This document shows, in pieces, positions 1-13,487 of a stretch of 64,000 bases of DNA (its first letter is position 1; every line of letters starts with the position of its first letter). Made by a program: the position numbers and the translations under genes. Origin of the DNA: Caldilineales bacterium (GTDB lineage Bacteria > Chloroflexota > Anaerolineae > J102). The stretch is taken from the NCBI GenBank assembly GCA_037443945.1, contig JBBINH010000005.1, positions 36,538 through 100,537 on the forward strand, read 5' to 3'. Under the pieces are notes generated by a model. It did no database searches, was not told the DNA's origin, and saw only the letters and a program-made list of their open reading frames with translations.

Positions 1-171
1 GACGATGAGGTACACATCGGTGGCGCCGAAGGCGAAGTAGAAGCTCTCCAGGGTGCCCCCTACCGATGCGACCGCTTCGGCGGCGGCCGCCCGTCGGCTT
101 GTGCCTCCTTCTTTGCGAAGGCCTTTGATGCCCTCACCGGTGTAATTTGCCTGTAACAGATACTTGGGCAT
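1..171 (-). CDS. GYD domain-containing protein, partial; start codon in window, C-terminus beyond the left edge
   Basis: The reverse strand reads MPKYLLQANYTGEGIKGLRKEGG...SFYFAFGATDVYLIV, a typical GYD-family N-terminus, from the ATG at 171-169. An RBS-like ggagc lies just upstream (rc of 174-183). Confidence 0.6.
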   Translation of the reverse strand, partial: MPKYLLQANYTGEGIKGLRKEGGTSRRAAAAEAVASVGGTLESFYFAFGATDVYLIV

Positions 172-336
172 GGGTTAGCTCCTGGGTGGTGAAAGCAGGT
201 TACGGACGTTGCCGATCCCGTTCGCAACGAGCACCTCCGCTTGTCGGGGGAGGAGGAGTTGCCTTCAGGCGAATCAGGGCGTTACTCCCGGCCGCACAAA
301 CAAAAATGCGCTCCTCCTCGGAGCGCTCGTTTGTAA

Positions 337-412
337 GGGGTGACCACCGGGGCTTGAACCCGAAACCTCCTGGGCCACAACCAGGTGCTCTGCCAATTGA
401 GCTATGGTCACC
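337..412 (-). tRNA. tRNA-His (anticodon GTG)
   Basis: The reverse complement folds as a cloverleaf with anticodon loop TTGTGGC. The extra 5' G-1 pairing with discriminator C is the tRNA-His hallmark. The T-loop is GGTTCAAGCCC. Confidence 0.85.
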
Positions 413-476
413 ATAACCGCTGCGAATGGAAGAGAGACCGGAGCGGAAGGGCCGGCCACTTACGCTCCGGTGGCTT

Positions 477-551
477 TGGCTGGGGGACCAGGACTCGAAC
501 CTGAACTAGAGGATCCAAAGTCCCCTGTCCTGCCAATTAGACGATCCCCCA
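477..551 (-). tRNA. tRNA-Gln (anticodon TTG)
   Basis: Reverse complement is TGGGGGATCGTCTAATTGGC...CTTTGGA...GGTTCGAGTCCTGGTCCCCCAGCCA, with acceptor TGGGGGA/TCCCCCA and an encoded CCA. Confidence 0.85.
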
Positions 552-592
552 CCGATTCCCAGTTTAGGCATGGTAACGACCGGGGAGAGAAA

Positions 593-667
593 GGTGCCGA
601 GGGCCAGACTTGAACTGGCGACACCGCAATTTTCAGTCGCGTGCTCTACCACCTGAGCTACCTCGGC
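593..667 (-). tRNA. tRNA-Phe (anticodon GAA)
   Basis: Reverse complement is GCCGAGGTAGCTCAGGTGGTAGAGCACGCGACTGAAAATTGCGGTGTCGCCAGTTCAAGTCTGGCCCTCGGCACC, with anticodon loop CTGAAAA. Confidence 0.85.
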
Positions 668-691
668 GGGTCAGAACCGGCCTGCCGGTGA

Positions 692-767
<76 letters not shown>

Positions 768-809
768 ATGAAAAGCGATTCAAGGGTGAAGGCCACCGGC
801 CTGCCCGGA

Positions 810-893
<84 letters not shown>

Positions 894-905
894 CCAACCT
901 CAGGA

Positions 906-988
906 TGCCGACGAGAGGACTCGAACCTCCACGACCTGGGGTCAACAGATCCTAAGTCTGTCGCGTCTGCCTGTTCCGCCACGTCGGC
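906..988 (-). tRNA. tRNA-Leu (anticodon TAG), long variable arm
   Basis: Reverse complement is GCCGACGTGGCGGAACAGGCAGACGCGACAGACTTAGGATCTGTTGACCCCAGGTCGTGGAGGTTCGAGTCCTCTCGTCGGC. It has anticodon loop CTTAGGA and a class II extra arm. Confidence 0.85.
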
Positions 989-1012
989 CTGGCGTTGGCG
1001 ACCGCAGGGTTG

Positions 1013-1455
1013 CAAGGAGCTGCGAGCAGGAGTACTCCCGATTCTGTTCTAACCGTCATCTGTCTCACATGGTGTGGTGAAACCTGGCCTGCCGGGTGTG
1101 ACCCGACTTCACCGGTTTCACTGCGACGAGACCGAATCACGGGGTTGACCATGACCCGGCCCACTCGCCTTGCTCCCGTTGCACGCTCGCCTAGCCGGCC
1201 GCATTGCTGCGCACCGCTGGTAGGCTCTTACCCTACCGTTTCAACCCTTACCCGCACCGATTCCTGGGGAGGAAATCGGCCGCTGGCGGGATTGCTTTCT
1301 GTTGCGGTTGTAGTCAACCGGCCGTTACCGGCCGGCTGCCCTCACTTGCTGTTTCGTGAGGCAACTTGGCCACGCTTGAGGGGTGGCCGGGAGTCGGGAA
1401 GTTCCTCTGCCGGCCTCAAGGCCGACAGCGACGGTTCTCTGCTCGCAGGGCCGTT
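1013..1455 (-). ncRNA. rnpB: RNase P RNA (bacterial type A-like), about 440 nt
   Basis: The reverse complement aligns block by block with E. coli M1 RNA. AGGGCAGCCGGCCGGTAACGGCCGG matches AGGGCAGGATGCCAGGTAACGCCTGG. GCAACAGAAAGCAA matches GCAACAGAGAGCAAACC. GGTAAGGGTTGAAACGGTAGGGTAAGAGCCTACC matches GGTAAGGGTGAAAGGGTGCGGTAAGAGCGCACC. The 3' motif ACAGAATCGGGAG matches ACAGAACCCGGCT. The P1 helix CTGCGAGCAG (5') pairs with CTGCTCGCAG (3'), and the P4 strands are mutually complementary. Confidence 0.75.
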
Positions 1456-1737
1456 GTCATCTCGTTTTGTTAATGTCCGATGACGATGAGGATTATAGCA
1501 TTGGCTCCGGGGAGTGTCAAGACAGGTCGGGCCTGAAAATTCAGCGCGCCCTGGGGAAAACGGGACGACGAGCTGCGTCGTGTGCGCAACGGCTGCTCGT
1601 CGTGTCGGGTTGGACAGAGCCGGCCCTGGATGGGACCGGGCCTCCGGCCGGGGATGACTTCGCCGCCAAAAGGGTGGACAAATGGGGGCGACGTCCAATT
1701 GGGCGGTGTCGGGGGCTTTGCTATAATCCCAGCCGTT

Positions 1738-2691
1738 ATGCGCGCGCTCGTCACCGGTGCTGCCGGTTTTGCGGCTACGCATCTGATCCAACATCTGCTG
1801 GCCGTTACCGACCTGCACATCATCGGCACCATCTATCGCCGTCAGCCTGAACGTGCCTACCCTGCCATGCGGGTGCACCTGGAACGGCTCGATCTGCGTG
1901 AGGAGGCGGCGGTGGCCGAAGTTCTCACTCGCTGGCGCCCCGATTTTATCTTCCATCTCGCCGCCCAGTCCTTTGTCCCCCTTTCCTGGCAGCATCCCTG
2001 GTCGACGTTCGAGCAAAATGTCCTCACCCAGATCAACCTGATCAAGGGCATGCTGGCCGCCCACCTGGACGCGCGACTGCTCGTGGTCAGTTCCGGTGAG
2101 GTCTACGGCGCCTTTGATCCCGCCGAGCTGCCGCTTGATGAAGACACCCCTTTGCGTCCTCTCTCGCCTTACGGCGTCAGTAAGGCCGCTCAGGATCTGC
2201 TGGGCTGGCAATATCACCGCAGCCATGGCTTATTCATCGTGCGGGTACGACCGTTCAATCACATCGGTCCCGGCCAAAATGAGCTGTTCGTGACGGCCAG
2301 TTTTGCCAAACAAATCGCCCTGATCGAAGCCGGTCGGCAAAAAGGTCCGCTGCTCCATGGCGCCTTGGAGCCCGAACGGGATTTTACCGATGTGCGCGAT
2401 GTGGTACGCGCCTATTGGCTCGTTCTGAACCACGGCCGGCCCGGCGAGGTCTATAACATCGGCACCGGTCGCCGTATAAGCATCGGCACCGTGCTGGAAA
2501 TGCTCAGGAACATGGCCCGTGTGCCCATCGCCACGGCTTATGACCCGGCCCTCACCCGACCTGCCGATATCCCCTGCATCGTCAGCGATCCCACCCGCCT
2601 TCGACAGGCCACCGGTTGGGAACCGCTTATCCCGCTGGAACAGTCGTTACGGGATATCCTCGACGACTGGCGTCATCGTATCCTTGTCTGA
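1738..2691 (+). CDS. NAD-dependent epimerase/dehydratase, GDP-4-keto-6-deoxy-D-mannose reductase (Rmd)-like
   Basis: The protein has a Rossmann N-terminus MRALVTGAAGF and an active-site YGVSK motif. It shows Gmd-like blocks HLAAQSFVP and RPFNHIGPGQ. It sits directly upstream of gmd. The 1582 start in the ORF track is upstream read-through. Confidence 0.8.
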   Translation: MRALVTGAAGFAATHLIQHLLAVTDLHIIGTIYRRQPERAYPAMRVHLERLDLREEAAVAEVLTRWRPDFIFHLAAQSFVPLSWQHPWSTFEQNVLTQINLIKGMLAAHLDARLLVVSSGEVYGAFDPAELPLDEDTPLRPLSPYGVSKAAQDLLGWQYHRSHGLFIVRVRPFNHIGPGQNELFVTASFAKQIALIEAGRQKGPLLHGALEPERDFTDVRDVVRAYWLVLNHGRPGEVYNIGTGRRISIGTVLEMLRNMARVPIATAYDPALTRPADIPCIVSDPTRLRQATGWEPLIPLEQSLRDILDDWRHRILV

Positions 2692-2703
2692 CCGCTTTTT
2701 TAG

Positions 2704-3714
<1,011 letters not shown>

Positions 3715-3724
3715 GCTCGCAACG

Positions 3725-5161
3725 ATGACAGCAAAAATCACCTTTGGTACCGACGGCTGGCGCGGCAAAATTGCCGAGGATTACACCTTTGACAACGTGC
3801 GGCGTTGCACGCAAGGTTTTGCCGACTATCTGAAGCGCCTCTATAGCCCGGCGGAGGTGGCGCAGGGCGTCGTGGTCGGCGGCGATCGCCGTTTTGCTTC
3901 CGAGGACTTCTGTGCGGCCGTGGCCGAGGTGCTTGCGGCCAACGCCATTCCCGTCCACTTTGCCGGCGCCGGCACACCCACGCCGGTTATCGCCTATAGC
4001 GTGGTGGCACGCCAGGCCATCGGCGCCATCAACATCACGGCCAGCCACAATCCGCCTTCGGATAACGGCTTCAAGGTGCGCGATCGGCATGGCGGGGCCA
4101 TCGATCCCGCCGGGCTCAAACAAATCGAGGCGGCCATTCCGCCTATCGAGGGCGTGCGCCGGATGCGGTTTGAGAAGGGGGTCGAACAGGGGCTGATCCG
4201 GCCTTTTGACCCGAATCCGGCCTACATCGCCCAGATCGAACGCCTGGTCGAGCTGGAGCCTATTCGCCGGGCCGGTCTGACCATCGTCGTGGACAGCATG
4301 TGGGGGAACGGCGCCGGCTGGTTGAGCCGCCTTTTGGATGGCGGCACGACGCGTGTGATCGAGATCCACGCCGAGCGCAATCCCATCTTCCCGGAGATGA
4401 CGCGGCCGGAGCCGATCCCGCCCAATGTGAATGCCGGTCTGGCTGCCGGCGTGCGTTACGGAGCCGATTGTGTGTGCATCACCGACGGCGACGCCGATCG
4501 CTGCGGTCTGGGCGATGAAAACGGTCACTTCGTCGATCAGTTGCGGGTTTATGGCCTTCTGGCGATGTATCTACTCGATGTGCGTGGCCTGCGCGGGCCT
4601 ATCGTCAAAACCCTGAGCACGACCTCGATGTTGGAAAAACTCGGGGCGCGTTTTGGTGTACCCGTCTACCAGACCGGGGTCGGCTTCAAGTACGTGGCCC
4701 CCAAGATGCTGGAAGTGGATGCCCTTATCGGCGGTGAGGAAAGCGGCGGTTATGCCTTTCGCGGCCATGTGCCCGAACGCGACGGCATCCTGGCCAATCT
4801 CTACCTGCTCGATCTGATGGTACGGACCGGGCTCAAGCCGACCCAATTGCTGGAGCGGCTGTTTGCCCTGGTCGGCGGGCCCCACTATTACGATCGTGTG
4901 GACACCCGGTTGGAGGACGAGGAAACCAAACGACGCGCCCAGGCCCTGCTCGACGCGGCGCAACCGGAGACCATCGGCGGCCTGCGGTGCACCGGCAAAT
5001 TGACCGTGGACGGCTACAAGTTCGAGCTGGAGGACGGTGGCTGGCTGTTGATCCGCTTCAGCGGCACCGAACCGCTCATTCGGGTCTATTGTGAGACGCT
5101 TCACGCCGACCGGGTCCAGGCCATCCTGGCCGATGGCCGCCGCCTGGCCGGTCTTGCCTGA
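3725..5161 (+). CDS. phosphomannomutase/phosphoglucomutase (alpha-D-phosphohexomutase)
   Basis: The protein begins [14 protein letters not shown] and contains the phosphoserine loop [14 protein letters not shown] and the metal loop TDGDADR. The true start is at 3725, within the longer 3647 ORF. Confidence 0.85.
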   Translation: MTAKITFGTDGWRGKIAEDYTFDNVRRCTQGFADYLKRLYSPAEVAQGVVVGGDRRFASEDFCAAVAEVLAANAIPVHFAGAGTPTPVIAYSVVARQAIGAINITASHNPPSDNGFKVRDRHGGAIDPAGLKQIEAAIPPIEGVRRMRFEKGVEQGLIRPFDPNPAYIAQIERLVELEPIRRAGLTIVVDSMWGNGAGWLSRLLDGGTTRVIEIHAERNPIFPEMTRPEPIPPNVNAGLAAGVRYGADCVCITDGDADRCGLGDENGHFVDQLRVYGLLAMYLLDVRGLRGPIVKTLSTTSMLEKLGARFGVPVYQTGVGFKYVAPKMLEVDALIGGEESGGYAFRGHVPERDGILANLYLLDLMVRTGLKPTQLLERLFALVGGPHYYDRVDTRLEDEETKRRAQALLDAAQPETIGGLRCTGKLTVDGYKFELEDGGWLLIRFSGTEPLIRVYCETLHADRVQAILADGRRLAGLA

Positions 5162-5164
5162 ACG

Positions 5165-6082
5165 ATGCTGGTTGATACCCATTGTCATCTGACGGCTGCC
5201 CAGTTCGATGCCGACCGCGAGGCGGTGATGGCAAGGGCGCAAGCGGCCGGGGTGATGGCCATGGTCACCATCGCCACCGATCTGAACGATGCCATGGCCG
5301 TGGTGACCCTGGCCGCTGCACAACCGGCCGTCTACGCCGCCGTGGGCATTCATCCCAACGAAGCGGCCCGGTTACCGCCGGATTGGCCGGAATCGCTGCG
5401 CGCCCTGGCCGGCCGGCCCAGGGTAGTGGCCATCGGCGAAATCGGGCTGGACTACTACTGGCGCCGGACTCCGGAGGACATCCAGAAGGGGGTCCTGCGC
5501 CGGCAGCTCGATCTGGCCGCCGAGCTGGGGCTGCCCGTTATTATTCACGATCGCGAAGCCCATGACGACCTGCGCCGCGAGCTGCAGGACTGGGTATGGC
5601 GACGGGTGCCGGGCACGCCTCTTGCTGCCCGGCCCTTTGTGGGCGTATTGCACAGCTTCTCCGGCGATCGGGCCATGGCCGAGGAGGCCCTGGCCTGGGG
5701 TTTTGTGTTGGGGGTGGCCGGCCTTGTGACCTTTCACAATGCCCGCGGCCTGCAGGCCCTTGTCCGCCATCTGCCGCCCGAGCGGGTGGTCGTGGAGACC
5801 GATTCGCCTTATCTGGCGCCTCATCCCTATCGCGGACGGCGCAACGAACCGGCCCATGTGGCTTTGGTGGCCGCCAAGCTGGCCAAACTTTGGGAACTGC
5901 CGGCCGCGCAGGTGGCGACCATGACGACGGCTACGGCCGACCGTCTCTTTGGGCTGGCGGCGACTCCCGACGAAGCCCTCCCGGACCATCACAAAACGGG
6001 CGACGGCGCCGAAGTCGAAAGCAACGCCGGGGCGCCGGGAACCCTGCCCGGGATGTCGTTCTCTCCTGTTCCTCCGCCGTGA
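5165..6082 (+). CDS. TatD family metal-dependent hydrolase with about 35 aa C-terminal extension
   Basis: MLVDTHCHL, GEIGLDYY and GLPVIIHDREAH are TatD family motifs. The gene is separated from the upstream stop by 3 nt. Confidence 0.85.
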   Translation: MLVDTHCHLTAAQFDADREAVMARAQAAGVMAMVTIATDLNDAMAVVTLAAAQPAVYAAVGIHPNEAARLPPDWPESLRALAGRPRVVAIGEIGLDYYWRRTPEDIQKGVLRRQLDLAAELGLPVIIHDREAHDDLRRELQDWVWRRVPGTPLAARPFVGVLHSFSGDRAMAEEALAWGFVLGVAGLVTFHNARGLQALVRHLPPERVVVETDSPYLAPHPYRGRRNEPAHVALVAAKLAKLWELPAAQVATMTTATADRLFGLAATPDEALPDHHKTGDGAEVESNAGAPGTLPGMSFSPVPPP

Positions 6083-6093
6083 GGCCTACCGCC

Positions 6094-6294
6094 ATGACGT
6101 CTGCCGACCGTGCTGCCTTGATCGCCCGCAAGCAAGAGGTCATTGCCGCCCAAGAGCGCTTACGACGTGAGCTGGCCCGTCTTGAGGAACAACCCGGCCG
6201 ACACGAGCGCCGTTGCCGGCAACTGCGGCGTCAGCTCGAGGCCCTCATGGCCGAAGAGTACCGCTTGCGGTTGGCCATTGACCGCGCGCGCTGA
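6094..6294 (+). CDS. small hypothetical coiled-coil protein (66 aa)
   Basis: ORF MTSADRAALIARKQEVIAAQERLRRELARLEEQ...LAIDRAR is a charged heptad-like sequence. It has no family assignment. Confidence 0.3.
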   Translation: MTSADRAALIARKQEVIAAQERLRRELARLEEQPGRHERRCRQLRRQLEALMAEEYRLRLAIDRAR

Positions 6295-6362
6295 AACAGG
6301 CACCGGCCGCGCCAGGACCGTTGGTTACCCGTGCCGGATGGACTCGTCAACCCGCCGAGTGT

Positions 6363-6566
6363 TTAGCGCTCGACGCGGAAGGAAACCTCGGCGCGTACCC
6401 GATAGACATCCACCGCGTCGTCCTTCATGCGGATGTCGAACTCGGTGATGCCGATGCGGGTGATGCCGCGCAAGGTTTTCTGGGCTTCGAGGATGACGTT
6501 TCGAGCCGCTTCTTCCCAGCTGTTGGGCGATTCCCCAACCAGCGTGATAATTTTGACGACAGACAT
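6363..6566 (-). CDS. dodecin family flavin-binding protein (67 aa)
   Basis: MSVVKIITLVGESPNSWEEAARNVILEAQKTLRGITRIGITEFDIRMKDDAVDVYRVRAEVSFRVER matches the dodecin fold signature. A GGAGG RBS lies upstream. The 219-aa ORF in the track is upstream read-through. Confidence 0.75.
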   Translation of the reverse strand: MSVVKIITLVGESPNSWEEAARNVILEAQKTLRGITRIGITEFDIRMKDDAVDVYRVRAEVSFRVER

Positions 6567-6764
6567 GTTGCACCTCCTTGTGCAACCGTTGCGAGCGCCG
6601 TTGCCGACGACATCTGCAGGCTTCGGAACGGACCGAGAGATAGGCCCGGTTCCTGGCGGCAGGATAACGCATACCCGGGGTGTTGTCAACGATATGCCCG
6701 TTGCTGTGGGGCCTCTCGGCTCCATGTGATCGCCATTCCTGGCCCATGTGTCTCGTATCAGGCT

Positions 6765-8087
6765 ATGACCGCTGACGTTTTCTCCCTCAATCCGCTTTTG
6801 ACCGCTTTTGCCGCCTCGCCTACCCTGGCCATCAACGAGAAGGTACAGGCGCTCTGGGCGCAAGGTCACGAGGTATATCATCTGGGCTTCGGGGAGTCGC
6901 GTTTTCCCCTGCATCCCCTCCTGGCCGAGGCGCTGGCCGCCCATGCCTGTCGCACGAGCTATTTGCCGGCGCAGGGGCTGCCCGAGCTGCGCGCGGCCGT
7001 AGCCGCGTTTTACCGTCGTCATTTCGACCTGGATGTCACACCCGAGCGGGTGATCGTGGGACCGGGGAGCAAACCGTTGCTTTTCGCCCTGATGCAGACC
7101 CTGGTCGGCGATGTGCTCTTACCCATCCCTTCCTGGGTGAGCTACGCGCCTCATGCCCGGATGAGCGGCAAGCGTGTCTTCCCGATTGCCACCGATCCGG
7201 CCGACGGTTATGCCCTGCAGGTTGAACAGGTGGCCGATACCCTGGTCAAGGCCCGCCGCGCCGGCGGCAACCCTCGGCTGCTTGTGCTCAACAGCCCTTG
7301 TAACCCCACCGGTCGCATGCTGACGCCGGAGCAGGTTGCGGCCCTGGCCGGCTTTTGCCGTCAGGAACGTCTGTTCATCCTCAGCGATGAGATCTATGCC
7401 CTCACCGCTCACGGCCATGTGCGCCATATCTCGCCGGCCTGTTTTTATCCCGAAGGAACGGCCGTGGTGGGTGGCCTGAGCAAGCATCTGTCTTTGGGGG
7501 GCTGGCGTCTGGGCGTGGCCGTGTTGCCACCCGGCGCAACCGGTCGCGGCCTCATGGAGGCCGTGCGCGCCGTGGCAGCCGAGGTCTGGTCGAGTCCGAC
7601 GGCCCCCGTGCAATATGCCGCCGTCATTGCCTACGGCGAGGAGCCGACGATCTGGCAGTACATCCAGACGTGTACCCATCTGCATGCCCTGCGCACCCAA
7701 TTGCTCTGGCGAGAGCTGACGGCTCTCGGTGTGGCTGCGGCCCGTCCCGATGGGGCTTTTTATGTGTTCGCCCAGTGCGATCGCTGGCGCCAGGCCCTGG
7801 CCCGCCGGGGGGTCACCACTTCGGTCGCACTGGCGGACTATCTGCTCGAGCACTATCGCCTGGCCGCTCTGCCCGGTTCTGCGTTTGGCGTCGCCGCCGA
7901 CCATCTGGCGCTGCGTCTTTCCTCAAGCTATCTCGACATGGAAACGGACGAACGGGCGCAGAGGCTTCTGCAGGCCTATGCGAGTGTGGGCGAGGAGGCA
8001 TGGCTGACGGCCGCCTATCATCCGGTCATGCACGCAGCGCTGGCCCGCTGGCGGTGCTTTGTAGCCGATCTTAACGACGAAGGCTGA
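6765..8087 (+). CDS. class I/II PLP-dependent aminotransferase
   Basis: The protein has N-terminal HLGFGESRFPL and SDEIYA motifs and the PLP-lysine region GGLSKHLSLGGWRLG. It is 441 aa from MTADVFSLNPLL. Confidence 0.8.
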   Translation: MTADVFSLNPLLTAFAASPTLAINEKVQALWAQGHEVYHLGFGESRFPLHPLLAEALAAHACRTSYLPAQGLPELRAAVAAFYRRHFDLDVTPERVIVGPGSKPLLFALMQTLVGDVLLPIPSWVSYAPHARMSGKRVFPIATDPADGYALQVEQVADTLVKARRAGGNPRLLVLNSPCNPTGRMLTPEQVAALAGFCRQERLFILSDEIYALTAHGHVRHISPACFYPEGTAVVGGLSKHLSLGGWRLGVAVLPPGATGRGLMEAVRAVAAEVWSSPTAPVQYAAVIAYGEEPTIWQYIQTCTHLHALRTQLLWRELTALGVAAARPDGAFYVFAQCDRWRQALARRGVTTSVALADYLLEHYRLAALPGSAFGVAADHLALRLSSSYLDMETDERAQRLLQAYASVGEEAWLTAAYHPVMHAALARWRCFVADLNDEG

Positions 8088-8135
8088 GAGCGGCGGTCGT
8101 CTGTAGGGGCTTCGTCCTACGGCGGTGGCGCTGAA

Positions 8136-8162
8136 GTGGTTGCGGGCGCTATCGGTGTATAA
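8136..8162 (+). promoter_or_regulatory. putative sigma-70-like promoter (TTGCGG ... TGTATAAT) upstream of DUF362 gene
   Basis: A TATAAT hexamer at 8157-8162 is preceded by TG, with TTGCGG upstream. The spacing is suboptimal and the call is unverified. Confidence 0.3.
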
Positions 8163-8238
8163 TGATAGCTTGCTATCCTCGCGTCCCCTTGCGAACGGAC
8201 CCTGCAATATCCTGTTGTCTTTGCGGAGCAAAAACACC

Positions 8239-9630
8239 ATGGCCAAAAGCAAAGTTGCCATTTTGCGCACCTCACCTCGCACGGTGTTGGCCGATTACCA
8301 CCGGCTTATGAATCTGGCCGGCTATCAGGATGTTATCGCCAAAGATGCCGATACGGCCCTGAAGGTGAATATTTCCTGGCACTTCTTCTACCCCGGTAGC
8401 TCGACGACGCCCTGGCAGTTGGAGGGTGTCATCCGGGCCATGAAGCGGGATGGGTATGACCCCAACCTGATTCACGCCTGCCACAACCGCACCGTGGTCA
8501 TCGATGCCCATTTGGGCGAACGGGAAAATAAACAGATCAACGTCATCCAGGCCCATGGGCTGCGCAACATCCATCTTTACGAAGGTGAAGAGTGGATTCC
8601 CATTCGTGATGCCGTGGGCAATCTGGCCGATAAGTTTCTCGTGCTCAACGATGTGTATCCCGGTGGTTTTTACATCCCCAAGCGTTTTATCGGCGAGAAC
8701 ATCATCCATCTGCCCACCGTGAAGACCCATATCTTCACGACAACCACCGGCGCGATGAAGAATGCGTTCGGCGGATTGCTCAACGAGCGACGGCACTGGA
8801 CCCATCCCGTCATCCACGAGACGCTGGTGGATCTGCTCATGATTCAGCAGCACATCCACCGGGGCATTTTCGCCGTGATGGACGGTACCTTTGCCGGCGA
8901 CGGCCCCGGTCCGCGGTGTATGATCCCTCATGTGAAAAACGTCATTCTGGCCTCGGCCGACCAGGTGGCCATTGATGCTATCGCTGCCAAACTGATGGGT
9001 CTGGACCCGCTTTCCATCAAATACATCCGCATCGCCCACGAAATGGGGTTGGGCTGCGGCGATCCCGATCAGATCGAAATCGTCGGCGATGAAGAGGTGG
9101 CCCACGAGAACTGGCATTTCGTGGGACCTTTCCGACAGATGACCTTTGCCAGCCGCATGCAGCACAAAATCTATTGGGGCCCGCTCAAGAAACCCATCGA
9201 GTGGTCGCTGAAAACCGTGTTGGCGCCCTGGAGCTACCTGGCCTCGGTGCTTTATCACGATACCTTCTGGTATCCCTTTATCGGCAAGCAGAAGATGCAG
9301 GCGGCGCTGGAGAGCGAATGGGGCCGACTTTTCCGCAATTGGGAGCGCCTACAGCCCGATGAGCTGGGTTTTCCCACCGTGGGCGAGGAGGCGCCGCAAC
9401 TGCAACGGGTCGGTATGGCCGCCTTCTGGCGGTCATGGGGCATTTTGTGGACGGCGTTGGTCGAGGCGCCGGAACTGGCAGCGGCCCGACGGCGTCATCA
9501 AGACACGGCCGGCACGGCACCGGCGGGCAAGACGGCCGGTGCCGCCGCGCGTGCGCCGCTATGGCGCCTTTGGCCTTTTCTCCTGGCGTTGCCGGTCCTG
9601 CTGCTCCTGGCACGACGGCGCCGGCGCTGA
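8239..9630 (+). CDS. DUF362 domain-containing protein with C-terminal Ala/Arg-rich tail and hydrophobic anchor
   Basis: The body MAKSKVAILRTSPRTVLADYHRLMNLAGY...VMDGTFAGDGPGP is typical of DUF362. The C-terminus is ...LWRLWPFLLALPVLLLLARRRRR. Confidence 0.7.
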   Translation: MAKSKVAILRTSPRTVLADYHRLMNLAGYQDVIAKDADTALKVNISWHFFYPGSSTTPWQLEGVIRAMKRDGYDPNLIHACHNRTVVIDAHLGERENKQINVIQAHGLRNIHLYEGEEWIPIRDAVGNLADKFLVLNDVYPGGFYIPKRFIGENIIHLPTVKTHIFTTTTGAMKNAFGGLLNERRHWTHPVIHETLVDLLMIQQHIHRGIFAVMDGTFAGDGPGPRCMIPHVKNVILASADQVAIDAIAAKLMGLDPLSIKYIRIAHEMGLGCGDPDQIEIVGDEEVAHENWHFVGPFRQMTFASRMQHKIYWGPLKKPIEWSLKTVLAPWSYLASVLYHDTFWYPFIGKQKMQAALESEWGRLFRNWERLQPDELGFPTVGEEAPQLQRVGMAAFWRSWGILWTALVEAPELAAARRRHQDTAGTAPAGKTAGAAARAPLWRLWPFLLALPVLLLLARRRRR

Positions 9631-9711
9631 GCGGAGAAGGATCGCCACACCCCGCCGACCCAAGTGTGGTATACTCTGATCAACCGTGTTTTTTGCTCAA
9701 CCTTGGCTACC

Positions 9712-12768
<3,057 letters not shown>

Positions 12769-12774
12769 ACGCCC

Positions 12775-12990
12775 ATGATTCTGCGCCACATCATCCGCCG
12801 TTTTCATCTGGAGATGCCTATCGCCATCCTGGCCGATGGGTACGCCCCCCTGTCCTTTCTCGCTGCCGAGCTGATCTTGGCGCTGGCGCCGTTCCTCCCC
12901 TGGGACGAGGAGCGGAGCAAGGCTCTAGCCCAACGCTGGCAGCTTGCGGGACCGGGGGACGGTCATCGGGAGGACGGTTTGTCAGCATAA
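12775..12990 (+). CDS. hypothetical small protein (71 aa)
   Basis: The ORF starts 7 nt after the secA stop. It has no recognisable family. Confidence 0.3.
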   Translation: MILRHIIRRFHLEMPIAILADGYAPLSFLAAELILALAPFLPWDEERSKALAQRWQLAGPGDGHREDGLSA

Positions 12991-13479
12991 ATGCCTATGG
13001 CCCATCATCGTCCTTTTCTCGGCACGCAATTGGCACCTCGGCAGGGGCTGCCGGCCGGGTTGCTGGCCGGCCTGGGTATGTTAGGGGTTTGGGCCGGATT
13101 GGCCCAACTGGTCGGTCCCGGTGCCGACAGGCTCCTCGGCCTTATTGCCTCGACCCTGCCCGGTTTGGCCGTCGGAGAGGGGCCAGGAGCATGGTTCGCA
13201 GGTGTGTTGCTGCATCTGCTGGTCGCCGTCATCCTGGGCCTGCTCTTCGCAGCTTCTCTCGATCGCCTGAGCCGTCGGGAGACCCTGATCGTCTCTACCT
13301 TTTATGGTCTGACGATCTGGATAGTGGCTTCCTTTGTCGTCGGTCATTGGTTCAACGACCGGATTTTGGTTTTGCTACGCACTTGGTGGAGCTTGCTCGC
13401 CTGCCTGAGTTTTGGCTTTTTCCTGGGCCTGTATGCCGTGGCACGCGGGCAGCCTCTGCCCCAACTTTCACCGGATTAG
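12991..13479 (+). CDS. hypothetical membrane protein (about 4 TM, 162 aa)
   Basis: The ORF abuts the previous stop (taa then atg). It has several hydrophobic helices and GC-rich third codon positions. Confidence 0.4.
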   Translation: MPMAHHRPFLGTQLAPRQGLPAGLLAGLGMLGVWAGLAQLVGPGADRLLGLIASTLPGLAVGEGPGAWFAGVLLHLLVAVILGLLFAASLDRLSRRETLIVSTFYGLTIWIVASFVVGHWFNDRILVLLRTWWSLLACLSFGFFLGLYAVARGQPLPQLSPD

Positions 13480-13487
13480 TAGGGTGT

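Noticed and set aside
1000-1500. possible tmRNA or SRP RNA in the long gap after the tRNAs
   Set aside because: No tRNA-like 3' end, tag reading frame or SRP domain IV motif was found. The region is explained by RNase P RNA instead.
1342-2226. 294-aa minus ORF and 162-aa plus ORF (995..1483) over the rnpB region
   Set aside because: The region aligns with RNase P RNA and the start of the Rmd-like gene. The ORFs are spurious.
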